A DNA stretch of 64,000 bases from an uncultured delta proteobacterium (GCA_963785235.1 CAWAUM010000012.1:224001-288000), one strand, 5' to 3'. Shown: positions 52,410 through 62,760, counted from the first letter of the stretch. Numbers and translations: made by a program. Notes: a model not told the origin generated them from the letters alone.

Positions 52410-53935
52410 GGGACCTTGGGTTTAGCACCCGCAAATAGCATTGTCAATGCCGCGATGATTGATGCCGCAGCCCACATAAGCGCCACAACCGGGCCGTATC
52501 TTACATAGAAGCTTAAATAATCGATCTTTTTTATATCACAGACAATCATACCCTCTTTGAGCAGCCCTATGCGGTCCACCACCTTACCTTGCGGGTCGAT
52601 GACAGCGGATATCCCGTGGTTCACTGCACGCACCAGCCACCTCCTTGTTTCGATGGCTCTGAAGCAGGCGAACTGGAGGTGCTGCTCTGAGGTTGACCAG
52701 GTCTTGAACCAGGCATCGTTGGACATGTTCACCAGGACCCGTGCGCCTTGTTTGCAGAGCTGCCTGGAGATGTCCGGGAAGATACTCTCAAAGCAGATGA
52801 ATACACCGATATCCTCTATGGGTTCCACCTTTGTCCCGGTGCTGAAGTCACCCACCTGTGCAGTGAGGCCATTAAAATACTCTCTCAAGAGACCTGCAAA
52901 GGGCAGGTATTCACCAAAGGGGACAAGATGCATCTTGTCGTATGATCCCATAATCTTTCCACTGCGGAGCAGATATGCCCGGTTGAAGAATCTGCCGTCC
53001 TCATAGGCCGGGCTCCCCACAAGCAGGTCTGACTGGTTTGCCATGCTTAGCTTCAAAACACGCCATGTCTGTGTCCAGTGCCGGAAGAGATAGAAGGTGC
53101 ATGCCGTCTCAGGCCAGGCAACGAGCTGGGCCTTCTTATCAATGGCCTGCTGGGTGAGCGATAAATAGGTATCCAGTGTTGCATCCACCTGCTCCTTTCG
53201 CCACTTCTGGTCCTGGGGGACATTGGCCTGTGCCGCCGCTATTCTGAAGGGGGTGCCTTCAAAGGGGCCATTACTGATTCGCCACTGCCCGAAGCCGGCA
53301 CAAAAAATAACCAGGCCCGCAGCGATTGCTACAGGGGCATACTGTTTCTTCATGGCCTGATAAATGGCTACATTGCCTGTCATGACAACGGTGCTCACCA
53401 GGAACACGCCGCCGAGCTCAGCAACCTGGACAAAGGCGGTAAACGGGAGTTGGGAATGGCCAAGCAGGGCCCAGGGAAAGCCTGAAAAGATAGTATAGGA
53501 GCGCATCAGCTCTAAGGCAACCCATAATCCCGGCAGGATGAGGAATGCGAATCTGTTTTTGAGAAACCTGGATGCAGCCCAGGCAAAGGCACCGAAGTAC
53601 AGAGACAGATAGGCAAGGAGCAATAGGAGCAATAAGATTGCGGTGAACAGGCCCATGCCGCCATAGGTGCTCATGACCAGAGCGATCCAGTAGACTACAC
53701 CCGCCCAGGCAATGAGACCGGATATCATTCCGGAAAAGAAGGCCCTGCTCTGATTAACATCCTCTATAGAGAACAGGAGCGGCACCACGAAGATCCAAGC
53801 CAGGGGCCAGAGGTCGAAAAAAGGGAAGGCAAGCGCATAGAGGATGCCCGTAAGCACAGGCATTAGGACCGGTTTCAGCAAAGACTTGAGGTAAATCCCC
53901 CCGGATGTCTTCTTACTCGTCTCGGTTTGCTTCAA
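52406..53935 (-). CDS. lnt: Apolipoprotein N-acyltransferase
   Basis: GFPWALLG, WPET, YDKMHLVPFGEY, ICFESIFP, NDAWF. Confidence 0.95.
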   Translation of the reverse strand: MKQTETSKKTSGGIYLKSLLKPVLMPVLTGILYALAFPFFDLWPLAWIFVVPLLFSIEDVNQSRAFFSGMISGLIAWAGVVYWIALVMSTYGGMGLFTAILLLLLLLAYLSLYFGAFAWAASRFLKNRFAFLILPGLWVALELMRSYTIFSGFPWALLGHSQLPFTAFVQVAELGGVFLVSTVVMTGNVAIYQAMKKQYAPVAIAAGLVIFCAGFGQWRISNGPFEGTPFRIAAAQANVPQDQKWRKEQVDATLDTYLSLTQQAIDKKAQLVAWPETACTFYLFRHWTQTWRVLKLSMANQSDLLVGSPAYEDGRFFNRAYLLRSGKIMGSYDKMHLVPFGEYLPFAGLLREYFNGLTAQVGDFSTGTKVEPIEDIGVFICFESIFPDISRQLCKQGARVLVNMSNDAWFKTWSTSEQHLQFACFRAIETRRWLVRAVNHGISAVIDPQGKVVDRIGLLKEGMIVCDIKKIDYLSFYVRYGPVVALMWAAASIIAALTMLFAGAKPKVP

Positions 53936-54795
53936 TCTTCTTTCCTCAAGGGGGCATGGACCACAAGTTTATGGATTCTTCTCTTGTCAGCACCAACGAT
54001 CTCAAAGACCAGCTGTTCATACTCGAGCTTCTCTCCAGGCTTGGGTATACGCTCCATTTGCGAGGTGATGAATCCGGCCACCGTGTCGTAATCACCGTCA
54101 GGTATCTTTATTTCAAAGGCCTCGGAAAACTCATCGATAGGCGTCATGGGGTCGACGGCATACATACCGTCGCCTTTATGCACGATGTATTCTTCGATCT
54201 CATCCCCCTCCTCGCCTATCATGTCACCCACGATCTCCTCCATGAGGTCGGCGATGGTGATGAGCCCGTCCACACTGCCGTATTCATCAATGATGATGGC
54301 GATCTTGGTCCGTTTTTCCCTGAACTCGTTTAAAAGATCGATGAGCTTCTTACCCTCGGGGATGAAGAAGGGTGCGTGCATGAGCTGCCTGATGTCCTTG
54401 ATCTCATCACGGGAGTTCCAGTATTTGAGCATGTCCTTGGCATAGACGATGCCTACTATGTTGTCCAGGCTGTCTTCATAGACCGGTATCCTGGAATAGC
54501 CTTCTCTGGTAAAAATATCGGCAAGCTCATTCAATGTGGCGGTGCTCGGCAGGGCAACGATATCGCCTTTGGGCACCATAACCTCGCCTGCAGAGGTGTC
54601 CTTGAGCACAAGGATATTCTGGATCATGTCCCCCTGATCCTCGTCCAGGTTACCCTTTCCCTCCACCTCATCGAGGATCTTCTCGATCTGCCTCTTGGTA
54701 TCCGAGGCGCCCATAACATCCTTGGCCCTGGTGAAGAAGACCCACAGGCGCTTCAGCAGATTGTCCGTTTGCTCGTTCTCGTCATTACTGCCCAA
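53932..54795 (-). CDS. CorC/HlyC CBS-domain protein
   Basis: GYSRIPVY, IDEYG, EEIVG, YDTVAG; TTG start after AAGGAG; upstream of lnt. Confidence 0.9.
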   Translation of the reverse strand: MGSNDENEQTDNLLKRLWVFFTRAKDVMGASDTKRQIEKILDEVEGKGNLDEDQGDMIQNILVLKDTSAGEVMVPKGDIVALPSTATLNELADIFTREGYSRIPVYEDSLDNIVGIVYAKDMLKYWNSRDEIKDIRQLMHAPFFIPEGKKLIDLLNEFREKRTKIAIIIDEYGSVDGLITIADLMEEIVGDMIGEEGDEIEEYIVHKGDGMYAVDPMTPIDEFSEAFEIKIPDGDYDTVAGFITSQMERIPKPGEKLEYEQLVFEIVGADKRRIHKLVVHAPLRKED

Positions 54796-55112
54796 TTCTA
54801 AAAACTCCTTTGTTTCATGGCTTCAGATCCCTATTTCTATCGGAAACACAACAAACAGTCAATGAAGGGTGATAAGAGGCATGATGGAGCGTTAGATTCA
54901 TATGTATTAGCTACATCTTGATCTTATACCCTGAAGCTGAAGAGGCTGGTAGGTAGGCTTCTTGATCTATTATAACCAACTGAAATTAAAAATTAAAAAG
55001 ATATAAGCATTTCTATTGTTGCTTTAAAAACCATAGTATGTGATAGTTGAAAACTATTCAAAATAATTCACCTAATCTCAGCTAAGGCCAAGAACTAAAC
55101 TAAGGAGAACAA

Positions 55113-55196
55113 ATGATGAAAAAACTTTGCCTGATCCTTACGTTGGCAATTATGCTTACTATCCCTATCCTGGAGTTTTTTGTGAGCCCTACGTGA
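55113..55196 (+). other. Short ORF resembling an isolated signal peptide (gene remnant or small membrane peptide)
   Basis: AAGGAG RBS; MMKKLCLILTLAIMLTIPILEFFVSPT*. Confidence 0.4.
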
Positions 55197-55524
55197 AAGC
55201 CTCTAAAAACGGATTTGATTATTTACCTGCGGCCACACCTTGATCCCGAAATAGCTGCCATCCATGAAGGTACATTGATAGATATTCAAATGAAAATGTA
55301 TAATTTTTCCACTAAGCATAGATATAATTCATCTAATAAATTACCTATAGTTCTTCAAAGTAGATCTGATAACTACTAGATTTAAAAAGATAGAATAATG
55401 CTAAGCATCAAGTTATATGCTTATCATGTTATAAAATGATCATTACCAGGCTCGGCACTATGAAAAGGATAATAAACATCATCGGCAGTTTTTCCATAAG
55501 ATTGTCTGGTATTCATCATGAAGC

Positions 55525-55950
55525 AGCTCACGCCCTTTCGCTCCACTTCCATTACATTTCTTCACTACGGTACGGGCTGATCGCCCTTGCAGCTCGCATC
55601 GGTTCGTCTTCCTGTGTCCTCCATTTGGACTTCTTCCTTGCATCAGACACCATTCCCACGTTCCGCATGAAAGCCTGTATCAGGCTCGCGCCACCTTTCT
55701 GCCGGCCACCATCTGGGCAGTAAACAGAGTTCCCCCACACTCTATCCCCGATAACAAACCCGTTTCGATGACTCTGTATCTTTTCGACAGCTCATCAGTG
55801 GTTCACTCTACGTTCGCCTTCCCTGGTCCGTACCTGATCCAAGATCTTGCCTCGCCTTTTCCTGGTCCGCATCACACCTGGGACTACCTTACAGCAAAAT
55901 ATCCGGTCCACGTGCCGCATCTATGGCTTGGTGCAACCTTCGTGGCGCAC
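55525..55950 (-). mobile_element. Group II intron 5' remnant (domains I-III, RmInt1-like class D/IIB); no RT ORF or domains V/VI seen
   Basis: Starts GTGCG at 55950; conserved blocks GCGAACG..AGTGAACC, GGCTTTCATGCGGAAC, ACCGATGC, TGTAATGG..GGAGCGAAAGGG; EBS1 GTTATCG complementary to the exon end CGATAAC. Confidence 0.82.
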
Positions 55951-56065
55951 GTTATCGCAGAGACCTCTAAGTTTTGACATACCTATTCTGTCATAATTTT
56001 ACCGCTTATTGAAGTCTGGTACAGTCCATAAGGGGGTCACTGTAAAACAGTCACTCTCTATTTCA

Positions 56066-56845
56066 CTAGGGGTTGTAGCATGGATCTGGACAAGATACTC
56101 TGACTGCTGCTTCCACGCGGCGATTCTTTTGTCTTCCTTCTTTGGTATTATTATCTTCAACAGGTCTGGTCTCACCATAACCTTTAGCATCCAAGCGGGA
56201 TGCATCGATTCCCAATATTGCCACCAGAAAGTTCTTCACGCTATCGGCCCGTTTCTGGGAGAGCGTCATGTTGAGGTCATCAGTGCCGACACTGTCCGTA
56301 TGTCCTTCAATCATCACCTTTAGGTTGGGATACTTCCTCATGATATCGGCCAATTCAGCCAACTCAGCAAAATATTGATCTTTCACCACAGCCTTATTGG
56401 TATCGAATTGAATATTCAACGTGGCACGGCCTTTTTCTACAAGAGCTTTTTCTTTTTCTGTTGGTGTTGGAGCTGGAGCTGGTGCCGGCTGAGGAGTTGG
56501 AGGAGGCGTTGCAGCTATTTTTTCTGCCTTTGGAAGTATCCTAATAGCAGGAGCACCAAAAACTTGGTGACAATCTTCATTATTACATATAATTGCATTG
56601 GCACCATTCTGCGCAGCTACTTTTTGCATAAGCTTAATAAGATCATACTGGGTGTCCAAAGCTCCATCAACTGAGACTATTCCAATTACTTCATAGTTTA
56701 CACCATTTAGAGGCGTATCGAGAATCTTAACATCTCCATTATATGGAGGATATGTCGTTCCTGATTTTACAAATGTAGCAGTAGCGCATCCATAGAGAGC
56801 TAAAATTACGATTATGGTGATCATAGTCAAGACTACATGTTTCAT
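56066..56845 (-). CDS. OmpA-family lipoprotein with Pro/Ala linker
   Basis: Lipobox LYGC; IEGHTD, LSQKRA, GYGE, NRRVE. Confidence 0.9.
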   Translation of the reverse strand: MKHVVLTMITIIVILALYGCATATFVKSGTTYPPYNGDVKILDTPLNGVNYEVIGIVSVDGALDTQYDLIKLMQKVAAQNGANAIICNNEDCHQVFGAPAIRILPKAEKIAATPPPTPQPAPAPAPTPTEKEKALVEKGRATLNIQFDTNKAVVKDQYFAELAELADIMRKYPNLKVMIEGHTDSVGTDDLNMTLSQKRADSVKNFLVAILGIDASRLDAKGYGETRPVEDNNTKEGRQKNRRVEAAVRVSCPDPCYNP

Positions 56846-57107
56846 CCTTGCCCCCTAAGATTTAAATACTAACTCTCTGATAATGAACATCTGAACTAAA
56901 TATTTCTAATATTATAATATAACTATCAAGCATAAATATATGGGTGCTTTCTGTGCTCATATTTTTTCTAACGGATATCCGTATGTGATTACGCTGAGAT
57001 CAAAGAAGTGAATCCTCAAATCACCCTTCTCTCTCCAATCACTGTTCACTGATCCCTGATAGTGTGCTAAGAAAGAAGGTCTAAATTTTCGCTTCAGGAG
57101 CAAACGC

Positions 57108-57944
57108 ATGCAGAACCATGAATTCACCGGCGGAAAGGATTACGTTCTCGATCCGGAACTCTCAAAGATCGTGAACGCCAGCATCAAACTCGAGATGCCT
57201 TTACTCATCAAGGGCGAGCCCGGCACGGGCAAGACGCTTCTGGCGCACGCCATTGCGCAGAACCTGTCAATACCGCTCATCATACTCAACGTCAAATCCA
57301 GCATGAAGGCCGTGGAGGCCCTGTACCAGTACGACACCCTGACACGGCTGAACGACAGCCGCTTCGCAGATTCCAAGCGTGACGTGAGCAACATCGAACA
57401 CTACATCAAGATGGGCAAGATCGGACAGGCCTTTGCCTCAGATGCCAAGGTCGTACTGCTCATCGATGAAATCGACAAGGCCGACACCGACTTCCAGGAC
57501 GACCTCTTGGATGTGCTCGACCAGATGTCATTCGATATCATCGAGATCGATAAGACTATCCGGGCAAAGAACCGGCCCATCATCATCATAACATCCAATG
57601 CCAAGAAAGACCTCTCGGACCCGTTCCTTGGCAGGTGCGTTTTCCATCACATCGCCTTCCCGGATGCCGAGATGATGGACGCCATCGTTCACGCCCACTT
57701 CCCGGACCTGGACAAGAAAATCTCACAGGCCTGCATCGAGGCATTTTACCGCTTGCGCACTATCCGGGGTATCGAGAAGAAGCCTGCCACGAGAGAGCTG
57801 ATCAACTGGATCAGGATCCTGCTCATGGACAAAAATTTCGACCCCAAACATCTCTCCAAGAGCGACATCCCTTACCTGGGCGTGTTGTTCAAGAAGAGCG
57901 AAGACTTCAAGATCGTGCAGCGTCAGGTTACCGGCACATATTGA
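57108..57944 (+). CDS. MoxR-family AAA+ ATPase
   Basis: KGEPGTGKT, LLIDEIDKAD, IITSN. Confidence 0.9.
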   Translation: MQNHEFTGGKDYVLDPELSKIVNASIKLEMPLLIKGEPGTGKTLLAHAIAQNLSIPLIILNVKSSMKAVEALYQYDTLTRLNDSRFADSKRDVSNIEHYIKMGKIGQAFASDAKVVLLIDEIDKADTDFQDDLLDVLDQMSFDIIEIDKTIRAKNRPIIIITSNAKKDLSDPFLGRCVFHHIAFPDAEMMDAIVHAHFPDLDKKISQACIEAFYRLRTIRGIEKKPATRELINWIRILLMDKNFDPKHLSKSDIPYLGVLFKKSEDFKIVQRQVTGTY

Positions 57945-57968
57945 TGAATAAGGGTTGAGGGCATAACG

Positions 57969-59159
57969 ATGTTCGCGGAGTTTTTTTTCCTGCTCAGGGA
58001 CAAGGGTGTCCCCATCTCGCCTTCGAGCTTTTTACGGCTCCAGGAGGCATTGCACAAGGGGTGTATCTGCTCGCTGGATGATCTGTATTCGGTGAGCAGG
58101 GCTGTGCTCATCAAGACCGAGCGCCATTTCGACACCTATGACCGCGTGTTCGCGCATTTCTTCAAGGGCGCCGAGCTGAGCCCTGATGCCTGTGCCGAGA
58201 TCGACCTGGCCATCAAGGCCCTGCTGGAGGAGTGGCTCAAAGACCCCAAGACCATGGCAGATTTCCTGGGTATCGACGAGGAGACCCTGAACAAGCTCAC
58301 CCCTGAACAGCTTGAGGAATACTTCCGGCAGCGTCTTGCCGATCAGGACGAAAGGCATGACGGCGGCAACAGGTGGATCGGCACGGGGGGCACCTCACCC
58401 GTGGGGCATTCCGGCTATCACCCCGGCGGCATGCGCGTGGGCGGACAGTCGCGAAACAAATCGGCAGTGAAGGTGGCCCTTGAGAGGCGCTACAAGGACT
58501 ACACCGATGATGCCATGCTGGGGCCTTCGCAGATCTCGGATGCCATGAAGCGGCTCCGTCACATGAAGCCGGCCGGCCCCAAGGACCATCTGAACATCGA
58601 TGAGACCATCTACCAGACCATGAAGAATGCAGGAGAGATCGAGATCGTATTCGACCGTTCCTTGAAGGACAAACTCAAGGTCATCCTCATGATCGATAAC
58701 GGCGGGTTTTCCATGGACCCTTTCATCAATGTGGTTCAGGTGCTGTTCAACCATGCCAAGAGCCAGTTCAAGGACCTGCAGATCTTCTTCTTTCACAACA
58801 CTATCTACAACCGGGTGTGGAAGGACCCCCAGCGGTATGACAAGCCCTTCGGGGTTGAGGAGTTCACCAGGGCCGACCCCGAAACCAGGCTGATCATCGT
58901 GGGAGATGCATCCATGGCGCCATACGAGCTGTTCAACCGCAACGGGAGCATCTACTACAACACCAAGACCGAGCCCAGCGTAAAAAATCTTGAATTCCTT
59001 GCCAGGACATTCAAACATAGTGTATGGCTCAATCCCAAGTATGAGTATACCTGGTCGCATACGCATACCTGCGAGGCGATACAGGAGATATTCCCCATGT
59101 TCGAGATCACGTTGAAGGGTCTTGAGTTGGCAGTTGAGCGCATGATGCGAAAAAATTGA
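57969..59159 (+). CDS. VWA-domain CoxE-like protein (MoxR partner)
   Basis: HDGGNRWIGTGGTSP, DNGGFSM MIDAS-like motif, VGDASMAPYEL, VWLNP. Confidence 0.85.
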   Translation: MFAEFFFLLRDKGVPISPSSFLRLQEALHKGCICSLDDLYSVSRAVLIKTERHFDTYDRVFAHFFKGAELSPDACAEIDLAIKALLEEWLKDPKTMADFLGIDEETLNKLTPEQLEEYFRQRLADQDERHDGGNRWIGTGGTSPVGHSGYHPGGMRVGGQSRNKSAVKVALERRYKDYTDDAMLGPSQISDAMKRLRHMKPAGPKDHLNIDETIYQTMKNAGEIEIVFDRSLKDKLKVILMIDNGGFSMDPFINVVQVLFNHAKSQFKDLQIFFFHNTIYNRVWKDPQRYDKPFGVEEFTRADPETRLIIVGDASMAPYELFNRNGSIYYNTKTEPSVKNLEFLARTFKHSVWLNPKYEYTWSHTHTCEAIQEIFPMFEITLKGLELAVERMMRKN

Positions 59160-59166
59160 ACAATGC

Positions 59167-59243
59167 GCGCCCGTAGCTCAGTCGGATAGAGCGTAGGCCT
59201 CCGGAGCCTAAGGTCACAGGTTCGATTCCTGTCGGGCGCGCCA
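59167..59243 (+). tRNA. tRNA-Arg(CCG)
   Basis: GCGCCCG acceptor stem, TAGGC-CTCCGGA-GCCTA anticodon arm, GGTTCGATTCC, encoded CCA. Confidence 0.97.
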
Positions 59244-59326
59244 CATATCCATATACCCCTCACTTGCTTTCGCATTTATCTTACATGCATAAAGCCGGGG
59301 GCTTGAGGATAAGAATTTGATGAAAC

Positions 59327-60400
59327 ATGAATAAGCCAAGAAAAACCGACAGGGCCTTACAGACACCGGAGTTGATCAATCTGCTGGATTGCGACCGGCA
59401 GGAACTGGAGCAACTCTTCCCTGAGACGCCCTACCGGGGAGGCCAGATCTTCACCTGGCTGTTTGACAAAGGGGTGCGGGATATCTCATCAATGACCAAT
59501 CTCCCCAAGGAATATCGCCAAAAGATGTCGGAGTCTGCCGAAATTGCATACCCAAGGGTCGTGGGCTCCCAGGTATCACAAGACGGCACGGAAAAACTCG
59601 CCTATGAACTGAAAGACGGCTGCATCATCGAGAGCGTTCTCATCCCCGAGAAGGACCACTGGAGCGTGTGCGTCTCATCGCAGGTGGGCTGCGCCATGGG
59701 GTGCCGCTTCTGCTTCACCGCCACCATGGGGTTTACCAGGCACCTCACCACCGGCGAAATAGTCTCACAGCTCCTTTATCCCATCCATGCCTACCCGGGT
59801 CGCCCCATAAGGAACGTGGTCTTCATGGGTATGGGCGAGCCCATGCTGAACTACGACACGGTGATCAAGGCCGTACGCATCATCACCGACCCTGACGGGC
59901 CCGGGATATCCAAAAGGCGGCTCACAATATCCACGTGCGGTATCGTCCCTGCGCTGAAGGACCTGGCGCGCGACACGGTTACAAACCTTGCAGTCTCGCT
60001 TAATGCCCCTGATGACAAGACACGCTCGTTCATCATGCCCGTGAACAAGAAATACCCGCTGGCCGCACTGATCCAGGCATTGAAAGACTACGAGCTGCCG
60101 AACCGCAGGCGAATCACCGTTGAATATGTGCTCATCAAGGGCATCAACGACCACGTAGAGCACGCCAGGAGGCTTATCAAGCTGCTGCACGGCCTCAAGG
60201 CCAAGATAAACCTCATCCCCTTCAACCCCTGGCCCGGATGCGGTCTTGAAGCGCCGGAAACAAAGGACGTTCTGGCCTTTGAAGAGAGACTGAAAGACAG
60301 CCCATATGTCGTTATGCTCCGCAAGGAAAAGGGCAAAGACATCCTTGCTGCCTGCGGGCAGCTTGCCGGCAACAAGAACAGTGGCGCCAAAGACCCTTGA
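59327..60400 (+). CDS. rlmN: Radical SAM RNA methyltransferase RlmN
   Basis: CVSSQVGCAMGCRFC, FMGMGEP, NLIPFN, AACGQL. Confidence 0.96.
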   Translation: MNKPRKTDRALQTPELINLLDCDRQELEQLFPETPYRGGQIFTWLFDKGVRDISSMTNLPKEYRQKMSESAEIAYPRVVGSQVSQDGTEKLAYELKDGCIIESVLIPEKDHWSVCVSSQVGCAMGCRFCFTATMGFTRHLTTGEIVSQLLYPIHAYPGRPIRNVVFMGMGEPMLNYDTVIKAVRIITDPDGPGISKRRLTISTCGIVPALKDLARDTVTNLAVSLNAPDDKTRSFIMPVNKKYPLAALIQALKDYELPNRRRITVEYVLIKGINDHVEHARRLIKLLHGLKAKINLIPFNPWPGCGLEAPETKDVLAFEERLKDSPYVVMLRKEKGKDILAACGQLAGNKNSGAKDP

Positions 60401-60408
60401 AGTAAGCC

Positions 60409-61281
60409 ATGAAGATTGACCTTCACGTCCACTCCAAAAATGGCTCTGATGGAAAATGGCCTCTGGAGCAGATCTTTGCCGAGGCCAAAAGGCGCCAAAT
60501 CTCCCTGATCTCTATCACTGACCATGACTCGCTCCAAGGCCAGGGCGAGGCAAAGCTGCTCGCCACTACTCATGGGATAAAGTACCTCACCGGCGTGGAG
60601 TTGAACGTGACCCTTGCCCACCCTTATTACACAAGGGGTAAGGACTCATCCCTGGACTTCCTCGGGTATGCCTTTGACATCAATAACCTTGCCCTCTTGA
60701 GCAAGCTGCACGAGCTTCGTGCCTACCGGAAACACAGGGTTGAAAAGATCCTTGAGAACATCAATGAGGAATTCATCAAGGAAGGCCGTCCATTGCTAAC
60801 CCAAGTAGACATGCATGCCATAGAGGCCGGGGTAGAAGGCTCGTTGGGCAGGCCGCATATCGCAAACCATCTTATTGCAAAGGGGATTGTGGCTACAAAG
60901 CAGGAGGCCTTTGATCGGTATCTTACAAGGTGTGATGTGCCCAAAATGCCGCTCTCTCTGGAAGAGGCCTCTGCCCTGGTAAGGGCCGCCGGAGGCAGGC
61001 TGGTGCTTGCCCACCCCAATGATTCCAAGGGAACTTCTTTGGCTGTTATAACAAAGTCCCTTGAAGAGCAGAAAAAAATGATTCTGGAAATGATGCTCCC
61101 TTATCTAGACGGAATCGAATGCTGGCATACCAGACATGACAAGCATGCAGCCGCCTTCTACCTGGCAATTGTGCGCTCCGAGGGTCTCATGGCAACAGGC
61201 GGGTCCGACTGCCACCAGCAGCCCGTGCTCATGGGCAATGTTCAGGTCCCTGATTGTGTTGCAGATCAGTTTGGTATATAG
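60409..61281 (+). CDS. PHP-domain phosphoesterase
   Basis: DLHVHS, ITDHD, GRPH, LAHP, GGSDCH. Confidence 0.92.
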   Translation: MKIDLHVHSKNGSDGKWPLEQIFAEAKRRQISLISITDHDSLQGQGEAKLLATTHGIKYLTGVELNVTLAHPYYTRGKDSSLDFLGYAFDINNLALLSKLHELRAYRKHRVEKILENINEEFIKEGRPLLTQVDMHAIEAGVEGSLGRPHIANHLIAKGIVATKQEAFDRYLTRCDVPKMPLSLEEASALVRAAGGRLVLAHPNDSKGTSLAVITKSLEEQKKMILEMMLPYLDGIECWHTRHDKHAAAFYLAIVRSEGLMATGGSDCHQQPVLMGNVQVPDCVADQFGI

Positions 61282-61320
61282 AAAATCACAAACAAGGAGA
61301 CTCATTAAGGGGTGAAATCA

Positions 61321-62091
61321 ATGATGAAAAGAATGATCTTCTGTTTCATGATTCTCCTTCTCCTCGGCGGGTGTGCAGGCCAGTTCAAGGAGCAGCGCAA
61401 TCTCTCCAGGCCCCTGGTGGCGCTCGGTATGAGCAAGATCCAGGAAAACGACATCCAGGGCGCTCTCAGCGAACTGCGCAAGGCCAAAAATGCAAACCCC
61501 GGTGACCCCGAGGTTTATTACGGTTTTGCCTTTGCCTACTGGAAGTCGGGAAAATTCGACCAGGCGCTCGAGAACGCCGACGAGGCCATTGCACTGGCCG
61601 ACAAGCTGGAAGTGGAACACCCGGGCCTCAAGGGCGAGGCATATAACCTCAAAGGGACCATCTTTTCAAGCCAGGGTAAATTTAACGATGCCCTGGCGAG
61701 CTACAAAAAGGCCCTGGCAGACGAGCTCTATCAGACACCGGAATATGCCCAGCACAACATTGCCACCCTCTATCTGGAAAAGAAAAACCTCCAGCTTGCC
61801 TTTGAAACCACCCAGAAGACCCTCGATCGCAATTCCCACTATGCCCCGGCATGGCATCTGCTCTCCAAGATATACGTGGCGCAGGGGAGGCCCGACGATG
61901 CCATTGATGCGCTCAAGCATGCTGTCCTTGAGTATCCAGGTTACGCTGAGGCCCATTGGGATCTTGCCCAGCTCTACCTCCAGATGGGAGCGTCCGGAAA
62001 GGCCAAGGGAGAGCTCACCAAGGTGGTCGAGCTCGATCCGGGTGGATACTATGGGACTTTGGCTGTAGGAAAACTCAAGGAGATGGAATAA
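61321..62091 (+). CDS. TPR lipoprotein (PilF/PilW/Tgl pilotin-like)
   Basis: Lipobox LGGC; TPR repeats; ALADELYQTPE; close to rlmN. Confidence 0.75.
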   Translation: MMKRMIFCFMILLLLGGCAGQFKEQRNLSRPLVALGMSKIQENDIQGALSELRKAKNANPGDPEVYYGFAFAYWKSGKFDQALENADEAIALADKLEVEHPGLKGEAYNLKGTIFSSQGKFNDALASYKKALADELYQTPEYAQHNIATLYLEKKNLQLAFETTQKTLDRNSHYAPAWHLLSKIYVAQGRPDDAIDALKHAVLEYPGYAEAHWDLAQLYLQMGASGKAKGELTKVVELDPGGYYGTLAVGKLKEME

Positions 62092-62222
62092 AGGCTCGGT
62101 ATAAATCTTTTACTATCTATCCCGACAAATTATTTTTAGGGTAAGGCTTATCCATTTGCCATCCATGCCGATAAGAATAGTACAACAAGAATCCCGCATC
62201 CGTGAGATTTACTCATAAGGCG

Positions 62223-62256
62223 CCAGGCAGCATTATCGCTGCCTGGTCCTGTTTTT
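62223..62256 (+). terminator. Intrinsic terminator-like hairpin
   Basis: CCAGGCAGC-attatc-GCTGCCTGG then TCCTGTTTTT. Confidence 0.6.
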
Positions 62257-62349
62257 ATAATCTCTATAGCCTGTTACTCAAGTGAATTTCTTTTTCCGTT
62301 ATTGCCTTGAGGGATTATGACGTTATATATAAAGCAGGTGATGAGATAT

Positions 62350-62760
62350 ATGCATAAGGTATTCGCAATCTTCATATTCATTTTACTGCCTGTTTCCGTG
62401 CCCGCCATGAGCCCGCTTTCCGATGAGGATCTTTCAAACATCAGCGGGCGTGCAGGTGTGAGCATCATGCCGAATATTACCATGAGCATCCACATTGATG
62501 TCCTGGCCTGGGGAGACTCTGACGGGCTTGGTTCAAACAACATCTGGGGGGTTCAAACGAGTGGCGGATATGTCGGGGTAACGAATCTCACAATCACCAA
62601 TTTGTATATCGGACCCCGCACCGGTTCCTATACCGGCATGTGGCCTATTACCATCGACGTCAGCAATGGTGTTGTACGCGCCGTTGATGAAACCTACACA
62701 CGCCTCGATCTCGAATACCTTCAAAACCCGCTTATGCTGTCGAATTTGAAGTGGCGCTAG
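62350..62760 (+). CDS. Secreted DUF6160-like protein
   Basis: Signal peptide followed by AMSPLSDEDLSNISGRAGVSI and WGDSDG; family recognised from memory, start uncertain. Confidence 0.6.
   Translation: MHKVFAIFIFILLPVSVPAMSPLSDEDLSNISGRAGVSIMPNITMSIHIDVLAWGDSDGLGSNNIWGVQTSGGYVGVTNLTITNLYIGPRTGSYTGMWPITIDVSNGVVRAVDETYTRLDLEYLQNPLMLSNLKWR

Noticed and set aside
55436-55977. ORFs 55436-55723, 55552-55740 and 55768-55977
   Set aside because: They overlie the group II intron RNA sequence and have no protein motifs
55951-56065. Integron attC site next to the intron (exon ends in TAAC)
   Set aside because: No complementary R'/L boxes or integrase visible, and the intron resembles class D rather than attC-targeting class C
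56455-56515. Short tandem repeats in the ompA gene
   Set aside because: They encode an ordinary Pro-Ala/Thr linker
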